Assembly: GCA_024626585.2 (NCBI GenBank)
Contig: JANKJI020000004.1
Span: 79,448,388 to 79,469,874 of the forward strand
Source of the DNA: Ginkgo biloba
Taxonomy: Eukaryota; Plantae; Ginkgophyta
DNA: 21,487 bases
Reading direction: 5' to 3'
The notes under the pieces were generated by a model that was not told where the DNA came from, searched no databases, and saw only the letters and a program-made list of their open reading frames with translations. Below are positions 1 to 10,545 of this stretch, in pieces. A program made the translations under genes and the position numbers. How positions within the stretch are numbered: position 1 is the stretch's first letter; every line of letters starts with the position of its first letter.

Positions 1-1226
1 AGACCTTGGATGTGTTAGAACTGCCTCAAAATCTGGTTTATATAGTAATTCAAAGAGCTGATTCGGGCATTTGATCGAAGTTGCACCAAGGGTCCTAGAG
101 ATGGCAGAAGCATTTACATTACTCTAGAATCAATATAACATGTAAAGAGAACTAAAAGCATATATTGAAGTTTACTCTTGATATGAATCAAACAACCTAA
201 CAGAGATCTCAGCATTCAAATGTTGCNNNNNNNNNNATAGACCACCAAAAAATCCCTCTGCACAATATCTAGTACTTAAAACCTACCATAGCCTTTTTAC
301 TGTCAAAAAGAAGTCTTTCTTTACATAAGCAAAGACATCTAAATGACATACATGATTGACTCAAGATATAGGCAATGTTTAACTCAATAACAAGTAAATG
401 GATGATTACATTGATCCCAAGGCAACCACTCTTCACAATGACAAACTACATACTCCATAACAATCGTAATTGGTATTATAGAATGGGCGGATTTCACTTC
501 CATAGCATTTATCAAAACTTATAACCATTTCTGAGACTATAGTTTACAACCACCCACCTATTATTAAGCAAGAAGGCCTTTAAATCAAACTTTATACACC
601 CTAATAGATTAGCCCATAAAGACAGTTTTGTCACAAATAAATTTGCACCCTTGCCAATATGGCGTCAATATGGTGTGAGTTGCCTTCACCACATTCACAC
701 CTTAGGGTCATGGCCTACTACTTTAACAACACAACCCACAAACATTGAAGTTTACTGCACCCACAACACCAAGTGAGGGGAAAAGAGTCATGGAGAAGAA
801 AGCAAACACTTCCTATTGTGTACAATCATGTGTTTATGTTGTCTTTACGCACGCCACTCAAGAGGACCCTATATTTTACAATTAGAGAAAACATGATCAT
901 AATAGATATATTTGGTTGAACATAACACTTAAAACTACACACCTCACCTACTTTATTAATTCATATACTTCCATATTTTCCTACACTAATTATCTTCTAT
1001 ATTTTCTTATTGTTATGGTTCTTTTTCTATTGTCACTTAAGTTTCCTCAATCACAACATTTTCTNNNNNNNNNNNNNNNNNNNNNNNNNNNNNNNNNNNN
1101 NNNNNNNNNNNNNNNNNNNNNNNNNNNNNNNNNNNNNNNNNNNNNNNNNNNNNNNNNNNNNNNNAAGAGGACCCTATATTTTACAATTAGAGAAATAAAT
1201 TTCTAACTAGTTTTACTATAGGAAGA

Positions 1227-1556
1227 AAGCATAACCAAATCTGACTTTTGAAATTTCAAATGTAGTAATAGAAGGTTTGTTTTCTTCCCATTAAGCTTAT
1301 CTTGCTGAGTTAGAAAACTGGGATGCTTTTAACTTTCATTTATGAAATTTGAGATGTTTTATGAGTTTATTTTTTTATGGCATATAAAGGGAAGCATAGC
1401 CAAATCTAACTTTTGAAGTTGACATGGTAATAGAACGTCTGTTTCCACATCGAGCTTATCTTGACGAGTTAGAAAACAGGCATGCTTTTGACTTCCATTT
1501 ATGACATTGGAGATGTTTTAAGATTTTTTTTGGTTTTGTTTTTTTATGGCATATAA
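1227..1556. repeat. Tandem duplication, 2 x ~165 bp
   Basis: AAGCATA.CCAAATCT.ACTTTTGAA at 1227 and 1392; AGCTTATCTTG..GAGTTAGAAAAC and TTTTTTATGGCATATAA in both copies. Confidence 0.9.
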
Positions 1557-1574
1557 CTAATTTCTTAACCACAA

Positions 1575-1800
1575 AATGGCAAGAGGACATGACGTTTTGG
1601 GTAGGCAAACTACGCCCATCAAGATAGATGATTTTCTTGCTAGCACTAACAACAAAACCATATTGCAGGTACTGATGTGCAATATAGTTCTTGTCATAGG
1701 AAAAAGGTAGGCATGATATTGAGGAAGCAACAGTAACCCAACCTTTAGTATCCCTTGCCAACTGGCACTTTTACAAGAGTTCCAGTATTCGCAGTGAGCC
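1575..1800 (-). pseudogene. Possible highly decayed PLS-type PPR fragment
   Basis: Translation ILELL*KCQLARDTKGWVTVASSISC...GF...LPTQNVMS loosely resembles the PPR consensus AL.LF..MQL.G.KP..VT.AS.L.AC ... MP.RNVVS. By-eye similarity only. Confidence 0.25.
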
Positions 1801-2287
1801 AAAATAATTCATAACACAAAAACATCAGAATAACAGGTAAAAGTATTTTGATTCACAATCATTGTTGTGCACTTTTAACTGATAACACAAATGTACCTCT
1901 TTTGATAATACAACAGACTTGACTCCATACACTGTAAATCTGCATTGCTTAGTACAGAGAAGTGACTGTCATGCTTGTGTTTCTTTCATAAAAAGACCCT
2001 CTTGATGACCTGAGAACTGTTAATTAGCTGTTATTAGCCACTTAATTTCCAAAAATAAGTCTTTCAGTCAGGAGTTCCAACATCCACATTGATATGAATT
2101 TCTGAAGTTACACATGGCATTAGGCCCTGTATCTTCCAACTATTATGATGCAATTGCTTTAAAACACCAATTTTCTCACCACAAATAACATTTTTGAGGA
2201 AAATAAGGCACAAAAACCAAGCATATTTACAGCTAAGACAATTAAAACTACCAACTTCCAAATGTGCTATAAATTATGGAAAGGCTT

Positions 2288-2368
2288 TTAAGATGTTCTC
2301 AAAGGTGGAGACACTAATATTACTCCATCTCCTCGAACAAATAGATATGGGACATGTCTTTTGGAAGT
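2288..2368 (-). CDS. LSM3: LSm3 coding exon 3, [26 protein letters not shown]
   Basis: Acceptor TTGTTTCAG| at 2369; Sm2 motif [16 protein letters not shown]; TAA stop. Spliced product is 39+32+26 = 97 aa, the usual LSm3 size. Confidence 0.95.
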   Translation of the reverse strand, partial: TSKRHVPYLFVRGDGVILVSPPLRTS

Positions 2369-3685
2369 CTGAAACAAGAACATACAAAAGATAATCATTA
2401 GTATCCCTCCCCAAACCAACTCAACACTATTGTCATCACACCAAACACACCAACCCCAAAGCAAAAGAAATGTCAAAATCCATCTTGCAAGATATTTTGC
2501 TGGCATTTTATTTGATGCATCTTAAAGTGATACAGCACTAAAGGGAAAAGGGAAAAACTTCTTGACGTGATAATTCTAGATAAATGCTGTATAGGTCAAA
2601 AGTCATAATATTTGGCTTTTGAATATTAATTGAGCAGTGGTAGCTTCAAATCCTAAGTCATAATCAGTTGTTTTGTGAATCTATGATAGATCAACTGGTA
2701 AAGTTATGCATCAAATACCTCAAAATAAATAGCTTTTGATAGTGATACGAGTAGATGCAAATCCTAAACACCTTAGACAATGTTCAGTTGTGTGAATGTT
2801 TGATAAACAAATTAGTTTCTAATTACTCCGTATTTATCCATCAAAAACCTCGAACCCTTGTAANNNNNNNNNNNNNNNNNNNNNNNNNNNNNNNNNNNNN
2901 NNNNNNNNNNNNNNNNNNNAGAGGCAAAATCTGGCACATATCAACTACTTGGTTATCAGCAACAAATGATTAAGACAGTGCAAATGTTAATAAAGAAAAA
3001 GTGAGCCACTTTTAATAAGATTTTATGACAGCAAATATGTCTATTTCAATATGAGCAGATCCCAACATGTGCCAGTAATTTCTTTAGAAAACATGATAAT
3101 TAAAGTTTTTTCGAAACCTTAAGTCTTGTCCACATATTTAACACCTTTCCAAAGCAATGAATCTTGTATGTAGTAACCAAAATTTCCACCAAACAATGCA
3201 TGTCTAACTAAGAATGGCTCACAGGTTAATTGCACCATCATGAAACTAAGAAAAATTNNNNNNNNNNNNNNNNNNNNNNNNNNNNNNNNNNNNNNNNGAT
3301 ACTGCACGATAAACAGACTCTGGCAAAAATGCAGTCACAATGGAAAGAGCAAGAGAAGATCAGCACTGCTGTGGTTGGTGGCAATTCATGCATAACAAAT
3401 TACAATCAAATATGGCAAGAGGAAAACCACAAACAAAGATGGGACATTGAAAGCCAAGTAAAAATAGACTGCGAAGATGCCACAAAAAAATGGCAAAAGT
3501 AGAAAGGAAGCATGCCAGACAAGAACATGAGGCTAGATAAGAAAGGGCACAACAGGGCAGGATGACCATATACAGGCATCAGAAAGCCCTACTAGACAAT
3601 GTCTTGGATAGACTGAGGACACTACAGAGTTCCACTTTCACCACTAACCAAAATTTGAACAGCTGTAACCCAGAAGATTTTCAAT

Positions 3686-3890
3686 CTGGGATAAGAATGA
3701 TGGTGAAATGCCCCACCAAACACTCGTATCCTATTTTGCAGAGTTCAGAATTAGAAGGCCGGGAAAAACATGATTGAACCTTGAGTAGTTCAACATAAGG
3801 ATCCACTAGGATGAGTATGATGGTTAAATGTCCCACCAAACCCTTCTATCCTGACTTATGGAGTTAAAAAAACACATCATGGCCTTCAAG
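3686..3890. repeat. Imperfect direct repeat, period 120
   Basis: CT.GGAT.AG.ATGATGGT.AAATG.CCCACCAAAC at 3686 and 3806. Confidence 0.85.
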
Positions 3891-4042
3891 ATGACTGCAG
3901 CAGAAATCAATTTTAGAAGTAAGGCCCAAACCTGGCTTACCCAATATAATTGTCAGAAAAAAAATGGAACTGTATGCATTAAAGGAGGACTGAGACTACA
4001 AGTGGGATCAGCTCACCGATGAAACTGAGCATGATTTGTACC

Positions 4043-4375
4043 TGATTTCTGCCACTCATACAGGAAAAATTTCATCATGCAATGGAAATCTTTGGCATAG
4101 AAACCCAGGGAGGCCATGTAATACAATGCAGACAGAACCATAACACTTGGCATGGAGTTGAGAACTACAGATGGCCTGATGCTAAATAATCCATAACTGG
4201 AGCTCTCACTTATGAAACAAAGAGATGATTTTTGCTACTCATATAGGAAAAAATTCTCCATTCAATACAAAGCTTTTGCATAGAAACCAGAGGAGGCTGT
4301 GAAATACCATGCAGACAGAACCATAACACAAACTGGGGTTGTGAATTATATACAGCTGAATGCAGAATGATTTGT
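4043..4375. repeat. Imperfect direct repeat, period 183
   Basis: TGATTT.TGC.ACTCATA.AGGAAAAA at 4043/4226; identical 21-mer ATGCAGACAGAACCATAACAC at 4126/4309. Confidence 0.88.
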
Positions 4376-5299
4376 AATGGGACTAAAGGAGATGAAGGGG
4401 TACATGGTGTAAATGGCAAGAATATGACTCCAGGGCACAGGAAATGGTTTTGGCAGGAATTTACACTCTATAAATTGAACGAGTTGGCCATTATTCCACA
4501 GGAGCAATTTCCCTTACATAATTCTCAACAGAACAGCAAGAGTCGGATTCAGAGAGCAACCTAAAGCCATCTCGCCCTACCTTTTACATGAAAAACAGAT
4601 GCAGTACGGTACAGTGAACAGTTGCTTCTGCTATCATATTGTAGAATGCTACAAGTGAGATTGTCCAGTTATGCAGCAACATGAGAACCAACGAGGCTCA
4701 TCAACTGCAATGGTAAGGAGTCAGCAAACAGATGTACCACAGATAGCTCTCTTCTTAAAGCATAATTGGTGCTTTTCTATGCATATGGCAAAGGAAAGCA
4801 ATTCGTATTATTTTTTTATACAAGTTCTGGAAATGACCTCATCTAAGACAATCTCGCTGAAGAGAAGCAAAGCAATACCGCTAGCATAATCCTTTCAAGA
4901 TATAAAAAGGCACACTTCCCCAAAGGTAGTTTGACTAGTTTGGTATTTGCTAGTTTGCCAAGAGTTGTGATATCCATCTTCCATCACTCTGAGGATTAGA
5001 TATGATACTTAGGCATCAAGTGATTTCATCATTATGGTCCCACAATATAATCCTAGAAAGCCATGCATCAATGTTCAAATGAACTACAAGTTATAATTCA
5101 TAGATTACACAGAAGAAGCCAATCACCTTATGTTCGCATGGTCAAGCTATCAGTACCTCACAACAATAGAATGTCTAATCAAAACCTTAGAGCAAAGTTG
5201 ATATGGGCACTTGCAACGTAACACAAATGTGAAGATGACTCCAACTTGGTTCATGAAGCCTACCACATTATAGTTAAACTCAACATAGTGCAATTCCCT

Positions 5300-6000
5300 C
5301 TTCACAAGACCCAAGCCACCAATCAAAGAGTTAAGTTTACCAGTTTTATGAAGATTTTGAGCATTTTAGATAGAGTTCCTTTATCTACTCCAACATGGTA
5401 GTTGATACATCACCTCCCACCATCAGGTCTAGCCACATTCAATATTCTTCCCATATTCCTTCCAAGAAAACTATCTTTAATGTTGGCTTTTCATGCCCAT
5501 GTTGTGGGCATCTCTTCATCAAATAATCCAATTTCTCAATGTATTCTTCAAGAGATTCATCATCTCCCTATTTAAGGTGAAGAATTTCTTTCCTCAAGAC
5601 CCCTTGACGACGGTAATCTTTGTACTTTCTAAGAAATTATTTTTTCATATCACCCCATAATTTAATGGATCCCTTAGGGAGACCCATAAACCATCTGAGA
5701 GTGAAACTTTTTAAAGTAATTGGAAATAACTTTATTTTTTTCTCATCAGTCAAGTAATCATAATNNNNNNNNNNNNNNNNNNNNNNNNNNNNNNNNNNNN
5801 NNNNNNNNNNNNNNNNNNNNNNNNNNNNNNNNNNNNNNNNNNNNNNNNNNNNNNNNNNNNNNNNAAAATATAGAGGCAAAAGTTTAAGCATATTGAGAAT
5901 CACCACATTCAAGGCGGTTATCACTCCACATGGCATCTTTTCAGGGATATCCATAACTTTTTCAGATCTATCCACATGTGATGTAACCAAGGCTAACTGC
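5300..6000 (-). mobile_element. Ty3/gypsy gag remnant within LSm3 intron 2 (boundaries approximate)
   Basis: LPLYF-[gap]-YDYLTDEKKIKLFPITLKSFTLRWFMGLPKGSIKLWGDMKK*FL.KY...GDDESLEEY matches the Retrotrans_gag pattern LFP.TL...A..WF..L...SI..W..M...FL..Y. Confidence 0.8.
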
Positions 6001-6117
6001 CGCCTAGGGAGGAGGAGACTTAACTTCCACAACTGTAAATAAATACATTTAGAGGTCATGTTACTTACATCAATCAACCCTTTGGAATTTCTCATTATTA
6101 TGTACCAGGTTAACCCA

Positions 6118-8934
6118 GCCTTATTGACTACAGGTGAGGTTGCCCCATGTAGGTGGCCATGGGCCAAACAATACATTCCATAGCATCAGGAGTTTATGGA
6201 TGACAATAAAGGCCAATAGGTCAGTGGGTTTGCGTGAATAGATGCATATGCTCTTGTACATACATACACCATTGACATGAGGAGGGTCATATTTAGTTTT
6301 CCAAGATTCTTCAATTCAGTTCAGTTCAGTGCAGGTTCAGTTTTGTCCGTCACTTGCCCTAAGGAGAGGCAATCCTAAAAGGTAAAAAATATAAGTGTAG
6401 CTAAACACAGTATCAAGGTGTAATAACTACTTTCAGAAATTTGTATGGATTTCTGTTAATATATTTTGTGGAACTTTGGTATTGTACCTGCACAATGCCT
6501 ATTCGTATGCCAAAAAAAAAGACAGATTTTAATCAATCTAAACCTATAGGTAGTTGCATCTTTGACTTTTAATAATTTGATTCCCACCTCCCCTCAATCA
6601 GCTACATTCCCAACACAGTTGTGCACCATGACCTAGGCAAAACACCATGAAATTTAAACTTGTTCCAAACTGTTGAATGCAATCCTGTGTCACAACTAAA
6701 ACTGCGTCTGCATCCTCCAAGTCCTGATTAATGGATTGATACTAGAAATAGGCACTTATGTTGCTAAAGTTGATTAAATGGTGGTCTAGGATGTGGAGCC
6801 CATTGTGAGGACAGGATCTCAAGTAGGATTCAAGAGAAAATTAAACTCAGAAGAACACAAGGATNNNNNNNNNNNNNNNNNNNNNNNNNNNNNNNNNNNN
6901 NNNNNNNNNNNNNNNNNNNNNNNNNNNNNNNNNNNNNNNNNNNNNNNNNNNNNNNNNNNNNNNNAGTTAATGCACTCTATGTTACATCGAAAAATCACAA
7001 ATTTTGTATAACCCATCTTAGCTATAGAATACTGTGAAAACCAATAGGTCATTAAATATCAATCAACTAATTACAGATTGTGCTAACCAGCCAAAATTTG
7101 CGTACAAACCAAGCCTAGTTATATCTTGACTGAGTTTGACTTACCCATCATGATAAGTCTACCAACATGTACTACCATGAAGAACCAAGTATAAGCATGC
7201 TTTATTGATTGCTAGTAAGGTTGGCCCCTGTAGATGACTGTGGACCAAACAATGTAGCCTATAGCATCAAGAATTTATGGATGGCAATAAGGTCCAATAG
7301 TTCAACATATACGAGTGCATGGGTGCATATGCGCTCATAATAAATACATCATTGACATGAGGAGGGTCATATTTAATTTGTCTAAGATTCTTTAATTCAA
7401 TCCACTCCAGCACAGGTTCAATTTTGACTATCACTTGCCCTAAAGGAAAGGCACTCCTACAAGGGAACAAATATAAGTGTAGCTAAATGTAGCATCAAGG
7501 CATCATAACTACTTTCAGAAAATTGTATATATTTATATCAAATAGATTTTGTGGAACTTTGGTATTCTAACTATGGAATGTTTGTTTGTAAAGATTGGTN
7601 NNNNNNNNNNNNNNNNNNNNNNNNNNNNNNNNNNNNNNNNNNNNNNNNNNNNNNNNNNNNNNNNNNNNNNNNNNNNNNNNNNNNNNNNNNNNNNNTGCAC
7701 CATTACCTAAGCAAAACATCATGAGATTTAAACTTTGCCAACTGGTTGAATGCAATCATATGTAACCACTAAAACCACATATGCAACCTCCAACTCCTCG
7801 TTGCATTAGTCACAAATAAATAGATTAATAATAGAAATAGGAACTTATGTTGCTAGTTATGTATTAGCTCTAGGTTTCGAAGAAACATCACGAATTTTGT
7901 ATAAGCCACCATTGCTATGGATTACTGCAAAGACTAATATGTCATTAGATATTAATTAACCAATTACAAATTGTGCTAATCAACCAAAATTTGTGTACAA
8001 ACCAAACCTACTTACGTCTCAATTAAGTTTGACATGATAAGTCTCCCAAATCTGGGAATCATGAAGGACCAACAAGTATAAGCATGCTTTATTAATTGCA
8101 GGCGAGGCTACCCATTGAAGTGGTTGTGGGCCAAACAATACACCCTATAGCATCAAAAGCTTATGGATGGAAATAGGGTCCAATATGTCTATTGGTGTGG
8201 GTACGTGGGTGCATATGCACTTATAAATACATACACCAATGGTACAAGCAGGGTCATATTTAGTTTGCCTTAGTTTCTTCAATTCAATCCACATTGGCAC
8301 ACTTCAGTTTTAACCATCACCTACCTTAAAGGAAAAACAATCTTGCAAGGTAACTAATATAAGTTGTAGCTAAACGCATCAAGGTGTCATACCTACTTTT
8401 AAAAATTGTATAGATTTATGTTAAATATATTTTGTGGAATGTTGGTATTGTAATTGTGGAATGTTTGTTTGTATGTAAAGATTGAGTTGTGCCATCTAAC
8501 CCTGCAAGTATTTGCATCTTTGACTTTTAGTAATTATGTTCCCATCTCCCTTCAATCATAGTTATATTTTCAAACACCATTACCTAGGAAAAAACACCAT
8601 GAGATTTACTCCCGTGCCAAACTATTGAATGCAATCATGTGTAACCACTAAAACTGCATATGCAGCCTCCAAGTCCTAATTGAATTAGCCAAAAATATAT
8701 ACTTTAATACTAGAAATAAGCACTTATGTTGCTAATTATGTATTGGGTCTAAGTTTCAAAGAAGCATCACCAATTTTGTATAACCCACCCTTGCTACGAA
8801 TTATTGTGAATACTAATAGGTCACTAGATATTTGTCAACCAATTATAGATTGTGCTAAAGAGCCCAATCTTGTGTAGAGACCAACCTATTTATGTCCTAA
8901 TTAAGTTTGAATTACCCATCATAATAAGTCTACC
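6118..8934. repeat. Diverged tandem triplication of an ~0.89 kb unit in LSm3 intron 2
   Basis: Units start at ~6118, 7199 and 8086. Shared landmarks: GGGTCATATTTA at 6284/7364/8251, TTGAATGCAATC, TAGAAATA.G.ACTTATGTTGCTA and ATAAGTCT, each three times in the same order. Confidence 0.93.
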
Positions 8935-9367
8935 GGTATCTGAAACATTTTTATCATATTTTAGATATTTTTTGCTAAGTGACCAGGGCCAAATTTAATT
9001 CAGAAAAGTCAAAAGTCCTCTTTTGTTAATACTAGCCTCAGAGTTCAAAAGAAAATAGCTAATATTTTGGGTTGTAGCAAGGTAGATAGTTCTAGGTCTT
9101 TAGATACTTAGGGAATCCAACGAGCTTTAGAAGCCNNNNNNNNNNNNNNNNNNNNNNNNNNNNNNNNNNNNNNNNNNNNNNNNNNNNNNNNNNNNNNNNN
9201 NNNNNNNNNNNNNNNNNNNNNNNNNNNNNNNNNNNCTCATCTTTAATTATAAGATGGTTTCATAAGTTAGATTTTATGAACTAATTCTACAATGAAAACG
9301 CCTACTTGGAATTCAATAACATAGAAAGTCTTGAACATTTAAAAAGAAAAAAAGCAGAACCACTCAC

Positions 9368-9463
9368 CCTAACAATCTCTTCGTAAGTCTCGTCATCTAT
9401 CTCCACCGTAGTGATAACTTCTTCAACATCTCCAAGAATCATATTGAGGTGCTGGTCATAAGC
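9368..9463 (-). CDS. LSM3: LSm3 coding exon 2, [32 protein letters not shown]
   Basis: Manual translation; acceptor TTTTGTAG| at 9464 and donor AGG|GTGAGT at 9367; 96 nt in phase; [12 protein letters not shown] Sm1 motif. Confidence 0.96.
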
Positions 9464-9565
9464 CTACAAAACCAAAAATAACACAAGTATCAACACGCAA
9501 TTTGTTCCACATAACAAAATCCCAACGCCCATTCGCCCAGCCCGTCCCGATGGATTCCTTTAAAG

Positions 9566-9810
9566 AGCTGCACAGTGGCTTAACGAGCAGACTAAATGTG
9601 TTTGCTCCAGTTTTCAAGGGGTGGTAGTTGCCAACCAGAGGTCGCTAGTTCAATTCCCATGGAGTCATTGCACTTACAGCCCCAGCCCTGGATAAGCCGG
9701 GTCCATTTGGAAGGGAATATTGGCTAGCAATTGCCAATCAGTCATCATAGTCAAGATTTCAATTCCCATGGAGTCGTATCCGTTCTACATAAGCAAGGGC
9801 CGGTTCCACA
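9566..9810 (+). mobile_element. tRNA-derived SINE-like / pseudo-tRNA dimer in LSm3 intron 1, antisense to LSm3
   Basis: A-box-like TGGCTTAACGAG at 9576-9587; B-box AGTTCAATTCC at 9647-9657; TTCAATTCCCATGGAGTC repeated at 9649 and 9758; both units also share TTGCCAA.CAG and ATAAGC...CCGG.TCCA. Confidence 0.55.
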
Positions 9811-10018
9811 GATTGTTCTGTTAAGTTGAATTAGGGCAAACAAAAAAATAATAATCCTGGTGAGTAATCTGAGGAACTATTACTCAAAAATTCAGCTTAA
9901 CATACACCTCTGGGTGAAATGATCATAGGGAAAGAAGGAAAAATCTGAGTTAGAGCCGAGGATTAACGATTCCCATTTCATGCAGAATGATAAAATAAAA
10001 GTCAGAAGCAAAACTTAC

Positions 10019-10135
10019 GTGCAATTTTCCCCGAAGCTCTCTGTCGGATCGAAGCTTGACGTATATGCGCTCGTCTAGACTAAGCCTAATGAGATCCAGA
10101 GGCTCTTTCACTGCACTCTCGTCTTCCATCGCCAT
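10019..10135 (-). CDS. LSM3: LSm3 (Sm-like protein) coding exon 1, [39 protein letters not shown]
   Basis: [27 protein letters not shown] is the characteristic LSm3 Sm1 start. ATG at 10135-10133; perfect donor CAC|GTAAGT at 10018; phase 0. Confidence 0.96.
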
Positions 10136-10187
10136 AAGCAATTCTGGATTTCTGTATGGTATGTTACAGGACGGATTTCTGAATTTT

Positions 10188-10545
10188 TCTCCAATTGTTG
10201 TAGGTGTCACCAATGATCAAGGAACTGACAGTGCCTCCCGTGGTCTGTGCAACCTTGCCTCCCAGTCGTTTGAGCAAGCCTATGCGCCCTACTCCTAGCC
10301 ACCAGGCGACAACAACCCTCCCATGGGCCTTGCCTCACGCCAACCCTTCTCGGGCTTCGCCCCCCCCTCTCAGGAACTTCCTCGATCATTGGCAACACTT
10401 GCAACAATTGGAGACAACCTGGTGTGAGGCAAGGCTCGTGGGAGGGTGGTTGTCGCCTGGTGGCTAGGAGCAGGGCATGTAGGATTTCTTGGACGACTAA
10501 GAGTTGTGGCAAGGCTGTGCAGGGAGTGTAGGCCACGAGAGGCAC
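10188..10545. repeat. Interleaved double inverted repeat: A (10188-10226), B (10231-10342), A' (10376-10414), B' (10420-10545)
   Basis: A vs reverse complement of A' matches 33/39. B/B' include a perfect 22-nt core, 10292-10313 vs 10449-10470. Confidence 0.9.

Noticed and set aside
860-1195. Exact 31-nt direct repeat AAGAGGACCCTATATTTTACAATTAGAGAAA at 860-890 and 1165-1195
   Set aside because: The second copy starts exactly at a contig edge after an N gap. Most likely an unmerged overlap or haplotype artefact rather than a TSD or CRISPR-like repeat.
6118-8934. Intronic snoRNA or miRNA cluster hypothesis for the tandem repeats
   Set aside because: No conserved C/D or H/ACA boxes or conserved hairpin seen by eye on the host-sense strand; divergence looks uniform.
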